Source: Leptonemataceae bacterium (GTDB lineage Bacteria > Spirochaetota > Leptospiria > Leptospirales > Leptonemataceae). From it: 64,000 nucleotides of DNA. The stretch is from contig OZ245742.1 of assembly GCA_965227295.1 (NCBI GenBank), positions 3,680,001-3,744,000 on the forward strand, given 5' to 3'. The notes under the pieces are model-generated. The model worked only from the letters and a program-made list of their open reading frames with translations. It did not search any database and was not told where the DNA came from. A program made the translations under genes and the position numbers. Positions 9,742 to 20,583 of this stretch are shown one piece after another. Position 1 is the stretch's first letter. The number at the start of each line of letters is the position of its first letter.

Positions 9742-12700
9742 GTGCAGCGCATTCTCGCGGCCTACGCCGACCATTATCTGCGTCCCTGTCTGTCGGACAT
9801 TTTGAACGGTTCTCCGCTCGGCGGTGTGCTGCCGGCCTCGTTCGCCTTTTTCGCCGCATCCCTCTATCAACTGCTCGAAGAACCCGCCGCCGGGCGCTGT
9901 CTCGTCATCGCCACTCCCTCAAACCAGGAGGCGGAGACCCTTGCCGGGGAGTCCCTGCTGTATCTGGAGCCGGATGCCGTGGCCTACTTTCCCGGCTACG
10001 AGAACATTCCGTATGAGTACTCGAGTTCCAGCGCCGATATCGCCCTGCAGCGCATTCGGGTGCTGTCCCGTGTCGCGGGCGGAGAGCGCCTGCTGGTTTT
10101 CACCGGCGCCGACGCGGTCTCACGAAAAATGCCGCATCCGGATCGCCTGAGCCGGCTGAGCCGCCGCCTGCGCGTGGACGATGAGATTCCACCCCGGGAA
10201 CTGTTACGTTCTCTGGTGGACATGGGCTACCAGCGGGAAGAGCGCGTGGAAGCGCCGGGTCAGTTCGCCCTCAAGGGTTCCGTGCTGGACGTCTATCCGG
10301 TCAACGGCGATCAACCCGTGCGCATCGAGTACTTCGACGATTATATAGAAAGCATTCGTTACTTCAGCGCGAATACCCAGCTCGGCGCCGATCGTACGCC
10401 GGAGTGTGAAATTCTGCCGGCCGGCGAGGTCGTCCTCGACGGCGACGAGAGCGCGCGGCTCCGCACGGCCCTGCAGAAGTACGCAAAGGATCTGGATCGT
10501 CCCGCTTTTTTGCACGAGGCCGCCGCGGATACGGCTTATTCGCAGTTTCACCATGCCGGCCTCCAGGAGCTCTTCCCCCTCGTTGCCGACAGCACCGATG
10601 TCTTCGCGGCCTTTCCGGAAGCACCGGTCGTTCTAAGCTATCCGGCGAACGAAGTGAATGAGGCCGCGGCCCGCATCCGCCGTGAGTTTCTGACGTTGTA
10701 TCGCCGCGAGCACGAGCAGCGCATTTGCCTGGAGCCCGAGACGTTGTTGGTTCCATTCCCGGGCGAACGCACGATAACGCCGCTCTATCGTCTGTCCAAA
10801 CCCATCGAAGACGCCGGAGCGACGGACGAGTCGGAAGATGATGCAGTTGATGCCGTGGATGATGAGGATGCGGGCCATGATCCAGACGAGAGCACGGATG
10901 AAAGGGTCGCCGTGTCATCTACGCTGGGCGTGCGCGAGGTGATCGGCTTCGGCGGACGCATCGCGGAAGTACGAGAGAAGATTCGCGGTTTGCTGGTGGA
11001 TGAACAGGCCGTGGTCTGCATTTCATCGCCCTACGCGGCACAGATGCGACGCATCGCCGGACTCTTCCGTCACGAGCAGGACATCGAAATCCGCATGATC
11101 GGCGACACCGAGGAGACGGCCGGCGCCGGCCCGATCCTCCTCGGCAATACCGCCGGTAAAAAGAAGAAGTCTGCGAAAAAGAAGGCGCTGCCGGCGCTGC
11201 ACATCCTGCGCTCCTCGCATCAACAGGGCTTTGAGATTCCGGAGCTGAAGTTCTACTTACTTACGGACAGCGAGATCTTCGGGCGCTCCTATCGCCGCCG
11301 CACGCGCTTCAAGAAACTCGGCACCGTGCCCATCGAATCGTTCCTGGACCTGAAAGAGGGCGACTACGTCGTGCACGTCAACCACGGGGTGGGGCGTTTC
11401 GAAAAACTCGAAAAGGTGCGCGCCGCCGGCCGGGAGCGCGACTTCCTGGTCCTGGAATACGCGGACAAAGATAAACTTTTCGTACCTTTAGATCAGATCT
11501 CCATGGTCCAGCGCTATATCGCGCCCACGGAGAAGCCGCGCCTGGATTCATTGGGCAAGGCCTCGTTTAAGAAAGTCCGCGAGCGCGTCGAACAGAAAAT
11601 CGAAGAGTTCGCCGGCGAATTGGTGCGTCTCTACGCGTTGCGCATGTCGCGCAAGGGCTACGCCTACCCGGCCGATACGGCCTGGCAGGAAGAGTTCGAG
11701 GCGGACTTTCCGTTCGAAGAGACGCCGGACCAGATCACCGCCATCGAAGCGGTGAAGCGCGACATGGAAGCCCCGCAGCCCATGGACCGACTGATCTGCG
11801 GGGACGTGGGCTACGGCAAGACCGAGGTGGCCATCCGGGCGACGTTCAAGGCCGTTATGGCCGGCCGCCAGGTGGCCATTATTGCGCCGACAACGATTCT
11901 CGCGCTCCAACACTACCACAACTTTCGCGAACGCTACAAAAACTACCCGGTTTCCGTGGACTGGATCTCGCGCTTTCGCTCGCGCGCAGAAACGAAAGAA
12001 ATCAAACAAAAACTCCTGCACGGCGAACTGGACGTGGTCGTCGGCACCCACGGCCTGTTATCGAAGGACATCCACATTCGCAACCTCGGCCTGCTCGTTG
12101 TCGATGAGGAACAACGCTTCGGGGTCACACACAAAGAGGCCATCAAACGCATGCGCGAGCTGGTGGACGTGCTCACGCTCTCGGCGACACCCATCCCGCG
12201 GACGTTGCACATGTCCCTCGTGGGCATTCGTGATCTTTCCATCATACAAACGCCGCCCCGGGATCGATTGCCGGTGCAGACCTACGTCATCGACGACAAC
12301 GATACGATCATCGAAGAAGCAATCGCGCGGGAGCTGGAACGCGACGGCCAGATCTTTTATTTGCACAACCGCATCGAGAGCATCGAGGGCGTGGCCGATC
12401 GCGTGCAGAACCTGCTGCCGGAAGTCCGGCTCGCCGTGTTGCACGGCCGCATGCTCGAAGAAGAGATCGAAGACGTCCTCTTACAATTCATGGAGCGCAA
12501 GTTCGACGTGCTCATCACGACGGCCATCATTGAAAACGGCATCGACATGCCCAACGTGAACACGCTCATCGTGGACCGCGCCGATACCTTCGGCCTCTCC
12601 CAGTTGTATCAGATCCGCGGTCGCGTCGGCCGCGCCGGGCGCCAGGCCTACGCCTATCTCTTACATTCATCCGGACGCATCTTAACGGAGACCGCGCAGA

Positions 12701-13482
12701 AACGACTCAACACCATCCTCGAATACCAGGAACTGGGTAGCGGATTCAAAGTGGCCATGCGCGACCTGGAAATTCGCGGCGCGGGCAACGTGCTCGGCAA
12801 AGAACAGTCCGGGCAGATCATGGAAGTCGGCTATGAACTCTACGTAAAGCTGCTCGAAGAGGCGGTGCAACGTTTGAAGGGCGAGGCCGTCGAGTCCGAG
12901 GTGCGCACCACGGTCAATCTACGAACGGACTTTTTTCTACCGGACGACTACATCCCCGACACCCGCCAGCGCATTGAGTTCTACAAACGTTTCGAGGCCG
13001 CCCGGGACGAGGATGAGGTCCTGGCGTTGCGACAGGAGATGTCGGATCGTTTCGGACGTTTGCCCGAGGCCGCCGAGATTTTTGCGCGGGTGGAAACCGT
13101 GCGGGCGCTCGCGTCGTGCACCGGCTTCGAAGAAGTCTACGAGGACGATGAAGGCCGCGTCCGCATGCGGGCCGGGGAACATCTCAACGTTCCTCCGGAG
13201 CACATCGTCCAGTGCATCAAACAAACGCCGAACCTCAGGATCATGCCCGGGCAGCCGAACGTGTTGTATGTCGAGGCCGCCGGCGAAGCGAACAGTCGAG
13301 CCGGCATGCCCCTCGGACCGAAGGCGCAAGAAGTACCGGTCTCGAAACGCCTGGACGAGATCATCGGTGTGCTGCGCCGCCTGGCGGAACCGGCAATCAT
13401 GCGTCGTCGGCGGGCCCGGGACGGATCGGAGGGAAAGGTCACCGGCAAACCGCAGGCCGCCGGGCAGAGACGTTCGGATTAA
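9742..13482 (+). CDS. mfd: Transcription-repair coupling factor
   Basis: GDYVVHVNHGVG (CarD-like RID), GDVGYGKT, DEEQRFG, QIRGRVGR, TRCF C-terminus. Confidence 0.97.
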   Translation: MQRILAAYADHYLRPCLSDILNGSPLGGVLPASFAFFAASLYQLLEEPAAGRCLVIATPSNQEAETLAGESLLYLEPDAVAYFPGYENIPYEYSSSSADIALQRIRVLSRVAGGERLLVFTGADAVSRKMPHPDRLSRLSRRLRVDDEIPPRELLRSLVDMGYQREERVEAPGQFALKGSVLDVYPVNGDQPVRIEYFDDYIESIRYFSANTQLGADRTPECEILPAGEVVLDGDESARLRTALQKYAKDLDRPAFLHEAAADTAYSQFHHAGLQELFPLVADSTDVFAAFPEAPVVLSYPANEVNEAAARIRREFLTLYRREHEQRICLEPETLLVPFPGERTITPLYRLSKPIEDAGATDESEDDAVDAVDDEDAGHDPDESTDERVAVSSTLGVREVIGFGGRIAEVREKIRGLLVDEQAVVCISSPYAAQMRRIAGLFRHEQDIEIRMIGDTEETAGAGPILLGNTAGKKKKSAKKKALPALHILRSSHQQGFEIPELKFYLLTDSEIFGRSYRRRTRFKKLGTVPIESFLDLKEGDYVVHVNHGVGRFEKLEKVRAAGRERDFLVLEYADKDKLFVPLDQISMVQRYIAPTEKPRLDSLGKASFKKVRERVEQKIEEFAGELVRLYALRMSRKGYAYPADTAWQEEFEADFPFEETPDQITAIEAVKRDMEAPQPMDRLICGDVGYGKTEVAIRATFKAVMAGRQVAIIAPTTILALQHYHNFRERYKNYPVSVDWISRFRSRAETKEIKQKLLHGELDVVVGTHGLLSKDIHIRNLGLLVVDEEQRFGVTHKEAIKRMRELVDVLTLSATPIPRTLHMSLVGIRDLSIIQTPPRDRLPVQTYVIDDNDTIIEEAIARELERDGQIFYLHNRIESIEGVADRVQNLLPEVRLAVLHGRMLEEEIEDVLLQFMERKFDVLITTAIIENGIDMPNVNTLIVDRADTFGLSQLYQIRGRVGRAGRQAYAYLLHSSGRILTETAQKRLNTILEYQELGSGFKVAMRDLEIRGAGNVLGKEQSGQIMEVGYELYVKLLEEAVQRLKGEAVESEVRTTVNLRTDFFLPDDYIPDTRQRIEFYKRFEAARDEDEVLALRQEMSDRFGRLPEAAEIFARVETVRALASCTGFEEVYEDDEGRVRMRAGEHLNVPPEHIVQCIKQTPNLRIMPGQPNVLYVEAAGEANSRAGMPLGPKAQEVPVSKRLDEIIGVLRRLAEPAIMRRRRARDGSEGKVTGKPQAAGQRRSD

Positions 13483-13674
13483 CATCGCTGAATGTTAGAT
13501 TAGCGCATCAAGTTTCCACACAGGACCCGGACTTCCTGGGCTTCGCCCCGGCTTCCACGAAAGTACCAACATACATTTCCCGTCTTTACCGGTTACTCCA
13601 TCGTAATATCCTGAAGCATTTATCACTTGCCGGACGCATTGCCTGGCGAAATCTGGCGCTGTAGGACCCATATT

Positions 13675-14460
13675 ATGAAGCAAACCAGCATTCTAACCAA
13701 ATCCGCTCTCCTCGCTCTCGTCGCCGCGCTCGCGCTGACGACCGTATCCTGTGAAGAGGGCGATACCATCGAAACCATCGGCGGGCACAACATCACCACC
13801 AGCGAGTTCCAGCAGCACTACAACACCTCAGTGGAAATTGCCACGCGCATCTCCAATGCCGAGAAGGCCACGCTCTACAAGCTCATTTGCAATCCCTCGC
13901 TGGCACCGAACCCCCAGTACCAGGACATGGCCATTCAGCTCCAGCCGGAGCAGAACTACCGTCAGTTCCGCGACTCCAAGATTATCGAGATCGTCGCCGG
14001 GGATGAGGGTTTCCTCGATCGCCCCATCGTACAGCAGATCCTCGAACATACGAAGCGCACGACCATCGCGCAGCTCTATTTGCACGAAAAGGTATGGGAA
14101 CGCATCAAGATCTCCGAGGAAGACAAGAAGGCCGCCTGCCAGGAGCTTCGCGAGAAGGACCCGCGGCGCGTCGGCCCGCTGCCCCTGGACGATTGCCTGA
14201 AAGTGGCTGAGGGAATGCTGAAGTCTCAGAAGTATCGCCGCGAGGTTCCGCAGGTATACGAAGAGATCAAAGAAAAAATCAAGATCTCCAAGAACGACAA
14301 GTTCGACAAAGAAGACTTCTTCGAAAAAGACCTTGAGCTCTACCAGACGATCAAGTCCGAGGGCGGATGTGAAGATCGGCAGGTCGACACCGGCGCCATC
14401 GATAACAGCGAAGGCCCGGCCATCACGCCGCGCGCCAATCCGGGCGGCCCGGGTCTTTAA
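13675..14460 (+). CDS. lipL31: Lipoprotein LipL31-like
   Basis: Lipobox LTTVS-C; IETIGGHNIT...NAEKATL...TIAQLYL...KISKNDKFD; follows mfd as in Leptospira. Confidence 0.75.
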   Translation: MKQTSILTKSALLALVAALALTTVSCEEGDTIETIGGHNITTSEFQQHYNTSVEIATRISNAEKATLYKLICNPSLAPNPQYQDMAIQLQPEQNYRQFRDSKIIEIVAGDEGFLDRPIVQQILEHTKRTTIAQLYLHEKVWERIKISEEDKKAACQELREKDPRRVGPLPLDDCLKVAEGMLKSQKYRREVPQVYEEIKEKIKISKNDKFDKEDFFEKDLELYQTIKSEGGCEDRQVDTGAIDNSEGPAITPRANPGGPGL

Positions 14461-14469
14461 GACTTTTTT

Positions 14470-14530
14470 ACCACCGAGGCACCGAGGACATCGGGTTGCT
14501 TTGATCGGGTGCTCTCGGAGACTCGGTGGT
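14470..14530. repeat. REP-like inverted repeat, copy 2
   Basis: accaccgaggcaccgagg ... ctcggagactcggtggt between convergent stops. Confidence 0.75.
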
Positions 14531-14538
14531 TCAACTAC

Positions 14539-15936
14539 TCACAACCTCAAATTCTCACAGTGTTCTCGCGCACCGTAGCCCACGTCGCGTAGCTGCGAGA
14601 AACAGTCCGCCTCTTTGAATCGACCGAGGCCGATCAGCGTTCGGCGGGCGGCCTCGCGGTACTCATCTTCACGATCGGCGAGCAGATTGCCGCCGCGTTC
14701 CAGGACCGTCGTGCGGTCCATCAAACTCAACTGCTGCACCTGTTCAAAGGCGAGCTCGTAGTACTCCAGGGCCTCCGGCGAACGGCTGCGCTGCCCCGAA
14801 TCTTCTGTTCCCGCATGCACCGACTCGGCTCGCCGGGCCCGATCCAGGTAGAGGCGGGCCAGTTCCAGGTGCGCGTCGGAGGCCGTGGCCACATGTCCCG
14901 TGGCGATCTGAAAATGATTCACGGCGGCGCTGTAATGCTGCGGGTCGTTGCCGCTGGATGCATCCAGTAAGAGTTGAACCTGCAGGTAACCGGATGCCAG
15001 ATGCGCGCGATGCAGAGTGCCGGCGTCGCTCGCGACGGCGATCATCTTCGCAAAGACGTCGAGGGCTTCCCGGGGGGCGGCGCAGCTCAGGCGGTAGCGG
15101 CGCGAGAGACAGGAGCGCGGCAGGTCGTAGGGATCGGGCGGGAAGCTGGAGTAATAGTGGCGAAGAGCCAGCATGTAGTTCTCGCGATCGGCACTGTTGC
15201 GGAGCGCTTCCAGGGTGAGGCGACGTTTTTCCGGCAGCCCGAAGTCGCGTTCTTCGCAGCCGTCGCCGCAGCGCCGCTTGAGGACACGTCGCCATGCACG
15301 TACTTCCAGGAATTCCGCGTAGTCACCGTAGGCCAGGACTCCGATCTCGTCGCGGCAGATGGAGCGGGCTAACAGGGCAACCTCATCCGCGACGCGAATC
15401 TTGCTCTCGTCCCCGGCAGTGCTGGAGATGTCTTCTTCTGCAGCATCGTCCTGCGCTTTCCGGACCCCGGCCGGGATTTCGTAGGCCAGTTCCATGGCGT
15501 TCAGGGTCGCCTTCAGGGCGTCGACGACGGCCGGGCGGTGTTGCTTCCAGTACTCGTCCGGTTCGATCGTCCGCGTGTCGGGCACGTTGCGGGGATGCCA
15601 GTTTTCCAGACGGTCCAGCCAGTGGGGGCGGAAGTCCTCGATCTCGCCGCGATACTTCAATGGAAGAAAGCCGGTACCGCAGGTCTTCTGCATAAGTCGC
15701 AGATCCACACCGTCTTCGGCGACGATCTCGTTCGCCCGCTGGAGATAGGCATAGGCCTGGTGCGGTTTTTCCTCGCCGCGCTCGGGCAGGGAGACCGTGA
15801 GCCGTGATAGAAAGTTGAGCCAGTCGTGGCGGTACTCGTAGAAGAGGTAGGCGCCGGCGACCCAGACGATGAGGATGATCGACATCGGTCCCTTATGCCG
15901 GAGGATCTGCCGGAGGATGAGTCGCAGTGCGTACAT
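14539..15936 (-). CDS. Membrane-anchored hypothetical protein, helical/TPR-like and Cys-rich
   Basis: 465-aa ORF with one N-terminal hydrophobic helix; no family recognised. Confidence 0.75.
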   Translation of the reverse strand: MYALRLILRQILRHKGPMSIILIVWVAGAYLFYEYRHDWLNFLSRLTVSLPERGEEKPHQAYAYLQRANEIVAEDGVDLRLMQKTCGTGFLPLKYRGEIEDFRPHWLDRLENWHPRNVPDTRTIEPDEYWKQHRPAVVDALKATLNAMELAYEIPAGVRKAQDDAAEEDISSTAGDESKIRVADEVALLARSICRDEIGVLAYGDYAEFLEVRAWRRVLKRRCGDGCEERDFGLPEKRRLTLEALRNSADRENYMLALRHYYSSFPPDPYDLPRSCLSRRYRLSCAAPREALDVFAKMIAVASDAGTLHRAHLASGYLQVQLLLDASSGNDPQHYSAAVNHFQIATGHVATASDAHLELARLYLDRARRAESVHAGTEDSGQRSRSPEALEYYELAFEQVQQLSLMDRTTVLERGGNLLADREDEYREAARRTLIGLGRFKEADCFSQLRDVGYGAREHCENLRL

Positions 15937-16046
15937 GATGTGAAGGCGCGGTGGCGACCGCGTATGCTATATCATCCCTACGGAACGAGAAAATCTTGAG
16001 GGAAAAAAGGCTGGCCGCAGCACCCGTGCCCCGCTCCACTGGAAGT

Positions 16047-16148
16047 ATGCCCACATCCAAGCAGAAAGACGTCAAACGGAAACATCGCAAGGCCCAGGAA
16101 CGCCGCAAGCGCAAGAAGCAGCAGGGGCAGGCAAATAAAAACGGCTAA
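16047..16148 (+). CDS. Small highly basic protein (33 aa)
   Basis: MPTSKQKDVKRKHRKAQERRKRKKQQGQANKNG; ATG preceded by GGAAG; fills the gap before the TPR gene. Confidence 0.5.
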   Translation: MPTSKQKDVKRKHRKAQERRKRKKQQGQANKNG

Positions 16149-16185
16149 GCGAATTCTACCCACCATCAAGGCGACGGGCCTCACC

Positions 16186-18312
16186 GTGCTTCTGTCCGTC
16201 GTCGCCCTGGCCACGGCTCCCGTGCGCACGGCGCCCCGCGAGCCCGATTCCGGCAGCCACCGCGCCCCGTTCGAGTTCCTCTTCGAGAACATTGCCGACG
16301 GCGATACGACTCCCCGGGAGGGGCTGGCCGAGCATCCGGAGATCGATCTGCGCGAGGCGTTCTACGCCGAGATCAGCGGGGATCCGAAGGCCGCCCTCGA
16401 TGCATACCAGCGCTACTTCGAAGAGTCCGGCGAGGAAACAGCCCATGCCCGGGCCTCGTACGCGAAGCTGCTCGCCGCAAACCGTCGTTATCCGGAGGCG
16501 GTGGAGCAACTGGATCGGGCCATGGAGATCGATCCCGCCGACGCGGAGTTCGTCGTCGCCCGGGCGGAGATCTTACGTGAATCCGGCCAGTCCGCCGACG
16601 CCCGGAAATTTTTAGAGTCGGTCCTCTATCGCTACGAGGATGAGCCGGGCATTGAGTTCCAGCTCGGCGAACTCTACTACGAAGCCCGGGAGTACGAGCG
16701 CTCCCGGTTGCATCATACCAAAACGCTCTTTCACCTGGACAACGCCGGCTCCCGAAGCCAGATCTATCGCAACATCTCCCTCTGGCGCCTCGCCGATCTG
16801 AACCTGCGCGCCGATCGTTTCGAAGATGCCCAGGGCTTTCTGGAACGTTACGTACGTTACAATCCCGGCCGGCATTATCCGCGCTTCATTCTTGCGGATC
16901 GCCTGTACTTCCGGCGCGGACTTTATACCGAGGCCCTGCGCGAACTGGAAACGTTGCTCGGTCATGACCTCGCGGAACTCCTGGAACAAAACGTGGACGT
17001 GCGCCGGGCCTACTCTCTGCTCGCGCGATTGTATTTTTACTTCGAAGACGTACGTTTCTACGAAACCATGCGTTTCATCAAGAGCCTCGGAAACGGCAAG
17101 TGGAACGCTGTGGAACGCGGGCTCTTTGCCGCCCATCAAAAGCACGACGCCGAAGCCTTGCAGTATCTGCTCGCTATCGTTAAGCGCTACCAGGATAAAG
17201 TTTACGTCCCCTGGGTCGCCATCCTGCGCGTCCTCGAACGTTCGGACCGTCAGGACCTGTACGTCGATCAACTCGTCCACGTTTCCGCGGTGGCGTTGAA
17301 TCACGGGCCCCGGCGGCACCGTGAAGCCCTCGCCTGGCTGCGTAAGGCCGAGGATTTGCGCGAAGCAATCAAAGAACAGAATCCCGACGCCGGGGTGGCC
17401 GGGGCCTATCTCTACCGCATTCGCGCGGAGCATTACATGGGCCTCGGCGAACAGCATTTCCATCGTGCGGCGGTGGCTTACGGGCAGGCCCTGGAAGCGG
17501 AGGCGGCCGGGGACGCCGTCGGGGAAGAGGGGGAGCGTGAGCAATTGTTGCTCAGTCGTGCCGCCGTGCTGGCGAAGATCGGCCGCGAGGACGAAGCCCT
17601 GCGGCACTGCGCCGGGGCGGGTGAGATTCCGCGGGCCTTTGTGGTAAAGGCCACGATCCTGCACGGGGCCGGACGACTGGAGGCGGCCGAGGGCGCCTAC
17701 ACTCGAGCCATTGAGCTTGCGGAGAGCCGCGAGGAATCCCCGGACCGATTGCCGGCGGCCAAAGATCGCCGGCAACGCATCCTCGGAATGTATCATTACT
17801 TTCGAGCAGGCAACCGATACGAGCGCGGTGACTTTGACGGCGCCGTGCAGGATCTCCGGCTTTCCATGGAGTACGATTCTGATCTGCCCGCAATGCTCAA
17901 CTTTCGCGGCTACCTGGTGGCCGAGTCCGGGCAATCTACAGCCGAGGAACTACAGCAGGCTCGAGGCTGGATCCAGACGGCGCTGAAGAACGATCCGACG
18001 AACGGTCATTATCAGGACAGCCTCGGGCGTGCCTTCTATCGCGCGGGGAAGATGAACGAGGCGCGCTACCATCTTGCCTTTGCGCTGCGCCTGCTGGAAG
18101 CCGGGGGTGAGCCGGAACCGGAAGTCCTCTCACATCTGGGAGATGTCTATGCGGCGCTGGAACGTACAGCGGAAGCGCGCACCGCCTACGAGCGCGCGTT
18201 GATCCTGCTCGATCGCCGTCGTGCTTCGCAAAACAAACCTTCGCTCATAGAAGAGCGGTTATATGAGTACGTGAAAGAGCGGCTGCAATTTCTCAAGGCT
18301 GAAAAGTCGTGA
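16186..18312 (+). CDS. Tetratricopeptide repeat protein
   Basis: Multiple TPR-like helices; MLNFRGYLVAE...DPTNGHYQDSLG...EVLSHLGDVY. Confidence 0.85.
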   Translation: MLLSVVALATAPVRTAPREPDSGSHRAPFEFLFENIADGDTTPREGLAEHPEIDLREAFYAEISGDPKAALDAYQRYFEESGEETAHARASYAKLLAANRRYPEAVEQLDRAMEIDPADAEFVVARAEILRESGQSADARKFLESVLYRYEDEPGIEFQLGELYYEAREYERSRLHHTKTLFHLDNAGSRSQIYRNISLWRLADLNLRADRFEDAQGFLERYVRYNPGRHYPRFILADRLYFRRGLYTEALRELETLLGHDLAELLEQNVDVRRAYSLLARLYFYFEDVRFYETMRFIKSLGNGKWNAVERGLFAAHQKHDAEALQYLLAIVKRYQDKVYVPWVAILRVLERSDRQDLYVDQLVHVSAVALNHGPRRHREALAWLRKAEDLREAIKEQNPDAGVAGAYLYRIRAEHYMGLGEQHFHRAAVAYGQALEAEAAGDAVGEEGEREQLLLSRAAVLAKIGREDEALRHCAGAGEIPRAFVVKATILHGAGRLEAAEGAYTRAIELAESREESPDRLPAAKDRRQRILGMYHYFRAGNRYERGDFDGAVQDLRLSMEYDSDLPAMLNFRGYLVAESGQSTAEELQQARGWIQTALKNDPTNGHYQDSLGRAFYRAGKMNEARYHLAFALRLLEAGGEPEPEVLSHLGDVYAALERTAEARTAYERALILLDRRRASQNKPSLIEERLYEYVKERLQFLKAEKS

Positions 18313-18374
18313 ACCCGGGCCGCCGGAACGAGGTCCAATCATCCATTGTTATGTTTAATAGTACGAATCTTCGA

Positions 18375-19133
18375 ATGTCACGAATCCTGCCCGCGCTGGT
18401 GATCCTTGTCGCGGTTGTTTCGGCGACACATTGCCGGAGTACAGGCGCGGGCGGCGACGAAGAGGTCGAACTCACCGACGATGCCGGTACCGAATTGCGG
18501 GCCGTGCGCGAACTCTACGCGGCGCCGGATTGTTACCTGGCTGCTTTCACCGTACGCGGCAACGTACCCGGTGAAGGTGAGCGCGAGGCCCGGGGTTCCA
18601 TCCGGGCAGACAACATCAACCAGCGCATGCTGCTCATCTTCCGGGATCCGTTTCTGGGAATCACACTGTCGCGCCTCGTTGTAAAGGACGGCCAGGTATA
18701 TCTCAGTAATCCGCGCACGGATCTTTATTCGGTGCCCCTGGAACAATTCGAACTGCGCGGCATGGGCAACAACGCCATCTCATTGCCGTTCAGCGTGTTC
18801 CAGGATCTTTTGTATGCGCGTCTGCCGCAGACGTTGTTTACGAAGAAAGCGAAGCGCAGCCTGGAAGATGCGAAGCTCAGCGTAGTTGTCGACGAACCGC
18901 AGCGGAACGAAAACTATCGTTACGACTTCGTTGAACGCCGGCTCCGGGAAATCCGCTACAAACGCAACGTCACGGACGTACAGATCCAGCTCGATGGAAC
19001 CTACGGGGATACGGTTTTCCCGCGGACTATCGAAGTGGCCACGCTGGCACCGACCCGGGATCGTATGTATCTTCGCTTTACGAGCATCAATCCCAACGTT
19101 AGCTGTCGCGACTCGCACTTTTCCGAACGCTGA
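18375..19133 (+). CDS. Putative lipoprotein, DUF4292/LolB-like
   Basis: Signal peptide ending ATH-C; FRDPFLGITLSRL...LPFSVFQDLL pattern; follows the TPR gene. Confidence 0.55.
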   Translation: MSRILPALVILVAVVSATHCRSTGAGGDEEVELTDDAGTELRAVRELYAAPDCYLAAFTVRGNVPGEGEREARGSIRADNINQRMLLIFRDPFLGITLSRLVVKDGQVYLSNPRTDLYSVPLEQFELRGMGNNAISLPFSVFQDLLYARLPQTLFTKKAKRSLEDAKLSVVVDEPQRNENYRYDFVERRLREIRYKRNVTDVQIQLDGTYGDTVFPRTIEVATLAPTRDRMYLRFTSINPNVSCRDSHFSER

Positions 19134-20583
19134 GCCTGTTGCAATGTGCCAGGGCGAGGGTGACCCAGAATAACGTTACGACCTCGTCGTCCTGGAAGTA
19201 GCACTGGGCGAAGCCGGCCAGAAAGAAGGCGGCGCTGCCGACGAGCAGGTAGTCGCCTCGCCCGATACCGCTTTCCGTGGACGCCGGCCGTTGCAGGGCG
19301 CGCGTGCTGAGGAAGATCAGTGCCAGGAAACAGAGCGCCGCCGGGAAACCGCCCACCGCCGCGATATGCAACAGATCGTTGTGTGCGTGGCCGCGCGGCG
19401 TGTTCTTAACGTAGTATAAAGTCTCCGGATGTTTACGAACGTAAGCGTCGCGCCAGCGCTCGCCGGCAATCTCAAAGTTGCCCGCGCCGCTGCCGAATGC
19501 CGGCCGCGCCAGGGCCAGGTCTCCCGCCGCCGTCCAGAGAATCATGCGCGAGTAATCCGTATGCCGATCCATACGCGCGGTTACGTGCATGACCCGCGCA
19601 CGCAAAGCCTGCGCCGTTTCCGAGGAGGAACTCACCGTGAATACCAGCGTGCCGGTGCACGCGATGAGCAACGCCACTACGATTTTTCCTGCGTCACGAC
19701 CTGAGAGTCGCGGAAACGGCAGCCCGATCTTGTGCCGGTCGCGCCAGAAGAGCACGGGCAGAAAGATCATGCCGCCCACGACAAAGCCGAAGAGGGCCGA
19801 GCGCGTGCCGTTGACCGCGAGCACAAGGCAACCCGCGGCGGCGAGGGCGAATGCCAGAATACGTGCGAAGCGCCGGCCGGCAAAGAACGTACCGGCTATG
19901 AGATGGGGGAGGATGAGAATCAGCAAACCGGCGTATGTAAGCCGCGTGTTCATGAAGCCGATGGGACGAAAAAAAGCAAGGCCGGCGATGCTGCCGAAGG
20001 GATGTTGCGGTCGGTTGTTCGCGCCGGGAATGAACTCACTGCCGGACAGCCAGGCCATGGCGACCCGCGCGAGACGGTACTCGGTAAACACCGACGCCGC
20101 CCCGGATGCTACAATCAGAACGGCAAAGGCCGTGAGGCCGCCGAAGAGAACGCGGCGTTGTCCGTCCGTGCGCGTACCGAGGCGCAGTACCAGCAGGCCG
20201 AACAGATACAGCGGTAGATCGCTCCATTCACTCCGCACCGCACGCCGCAACGAAACGAGGAGGGTGTCTCCTGTATCGAAGGGATCGGCGACGGCGGCGA
20301 TAAGTCCGCCGAGAATCAACCAGGCGAAGTAGAGCGCCCCCGCGATGAACGGAGCCGGCAGTTCGGGAAAGAATCGCCGCTCATCCGGCGAAGCGTTGCG
20401 ATCCCTCCAGGCAAGCAGGCGCGCGCCGAAAAACAGAACAAAGGCGAGGCCGATGGCGATTTGCGTGACGCTGATCGATACCGCCATCGCCGGGAGGGCC
20501 AACGCTGCGGCGTAAGTTGCAAAGAGTTCCAGTTTGGCGGAACGGCCGGTGCGCGAATCGATTTGCTCAGAAGCCGAGGTCAT
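19099..20583 (-). CDS. O-antigen ligase (Wzy_C) family protein
   Basis: Polytopic; NGTRSA, FGSGAGNF, HAHNDLLH. Confidence 0.85.
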   Translation of the reverse strand: MTSASEQIDSRTGRSAKLELFATYAAALALPAMAVSISVTQIAIGLAFVLFFGARLLAWRDRNASPDERRFFPELPAPFIAGALYFAWLILGGLIAAVADPFDTGDTLLVSLRRAVRSEWSDLPLYLFGLLVLRLGTRTDGQRRVLFGGLTAFAVLIVASGAASVFTEYRLARVAMAWLSGSEFIPGANNRPQHPFGSIAGLAFFRPIGFMNTRLTYAGLLILILPHLIAGTFFAGRRFARILAFALAAAGCLVLAVNGTRSALFGFVVGGMIFLPVLFWRDRHKIGLPFPRLSGRDAGKIVVALLIACTGTLVFTVSSSSETAQALRARVMHVTARMDRHTDYSRMILWTAAGDLALARPAFGSGAGNFEIAGERWRDAYVRKHPETLYYVKNTPRGHAHNDLLHIAAVGGFPAALCFLALIFLSTRALQRPASTESGIGRGDYLLVGSAAFFLAGFAQCYFQDDEVVTLFWVTLALAHCNRLSVRKSASRDS

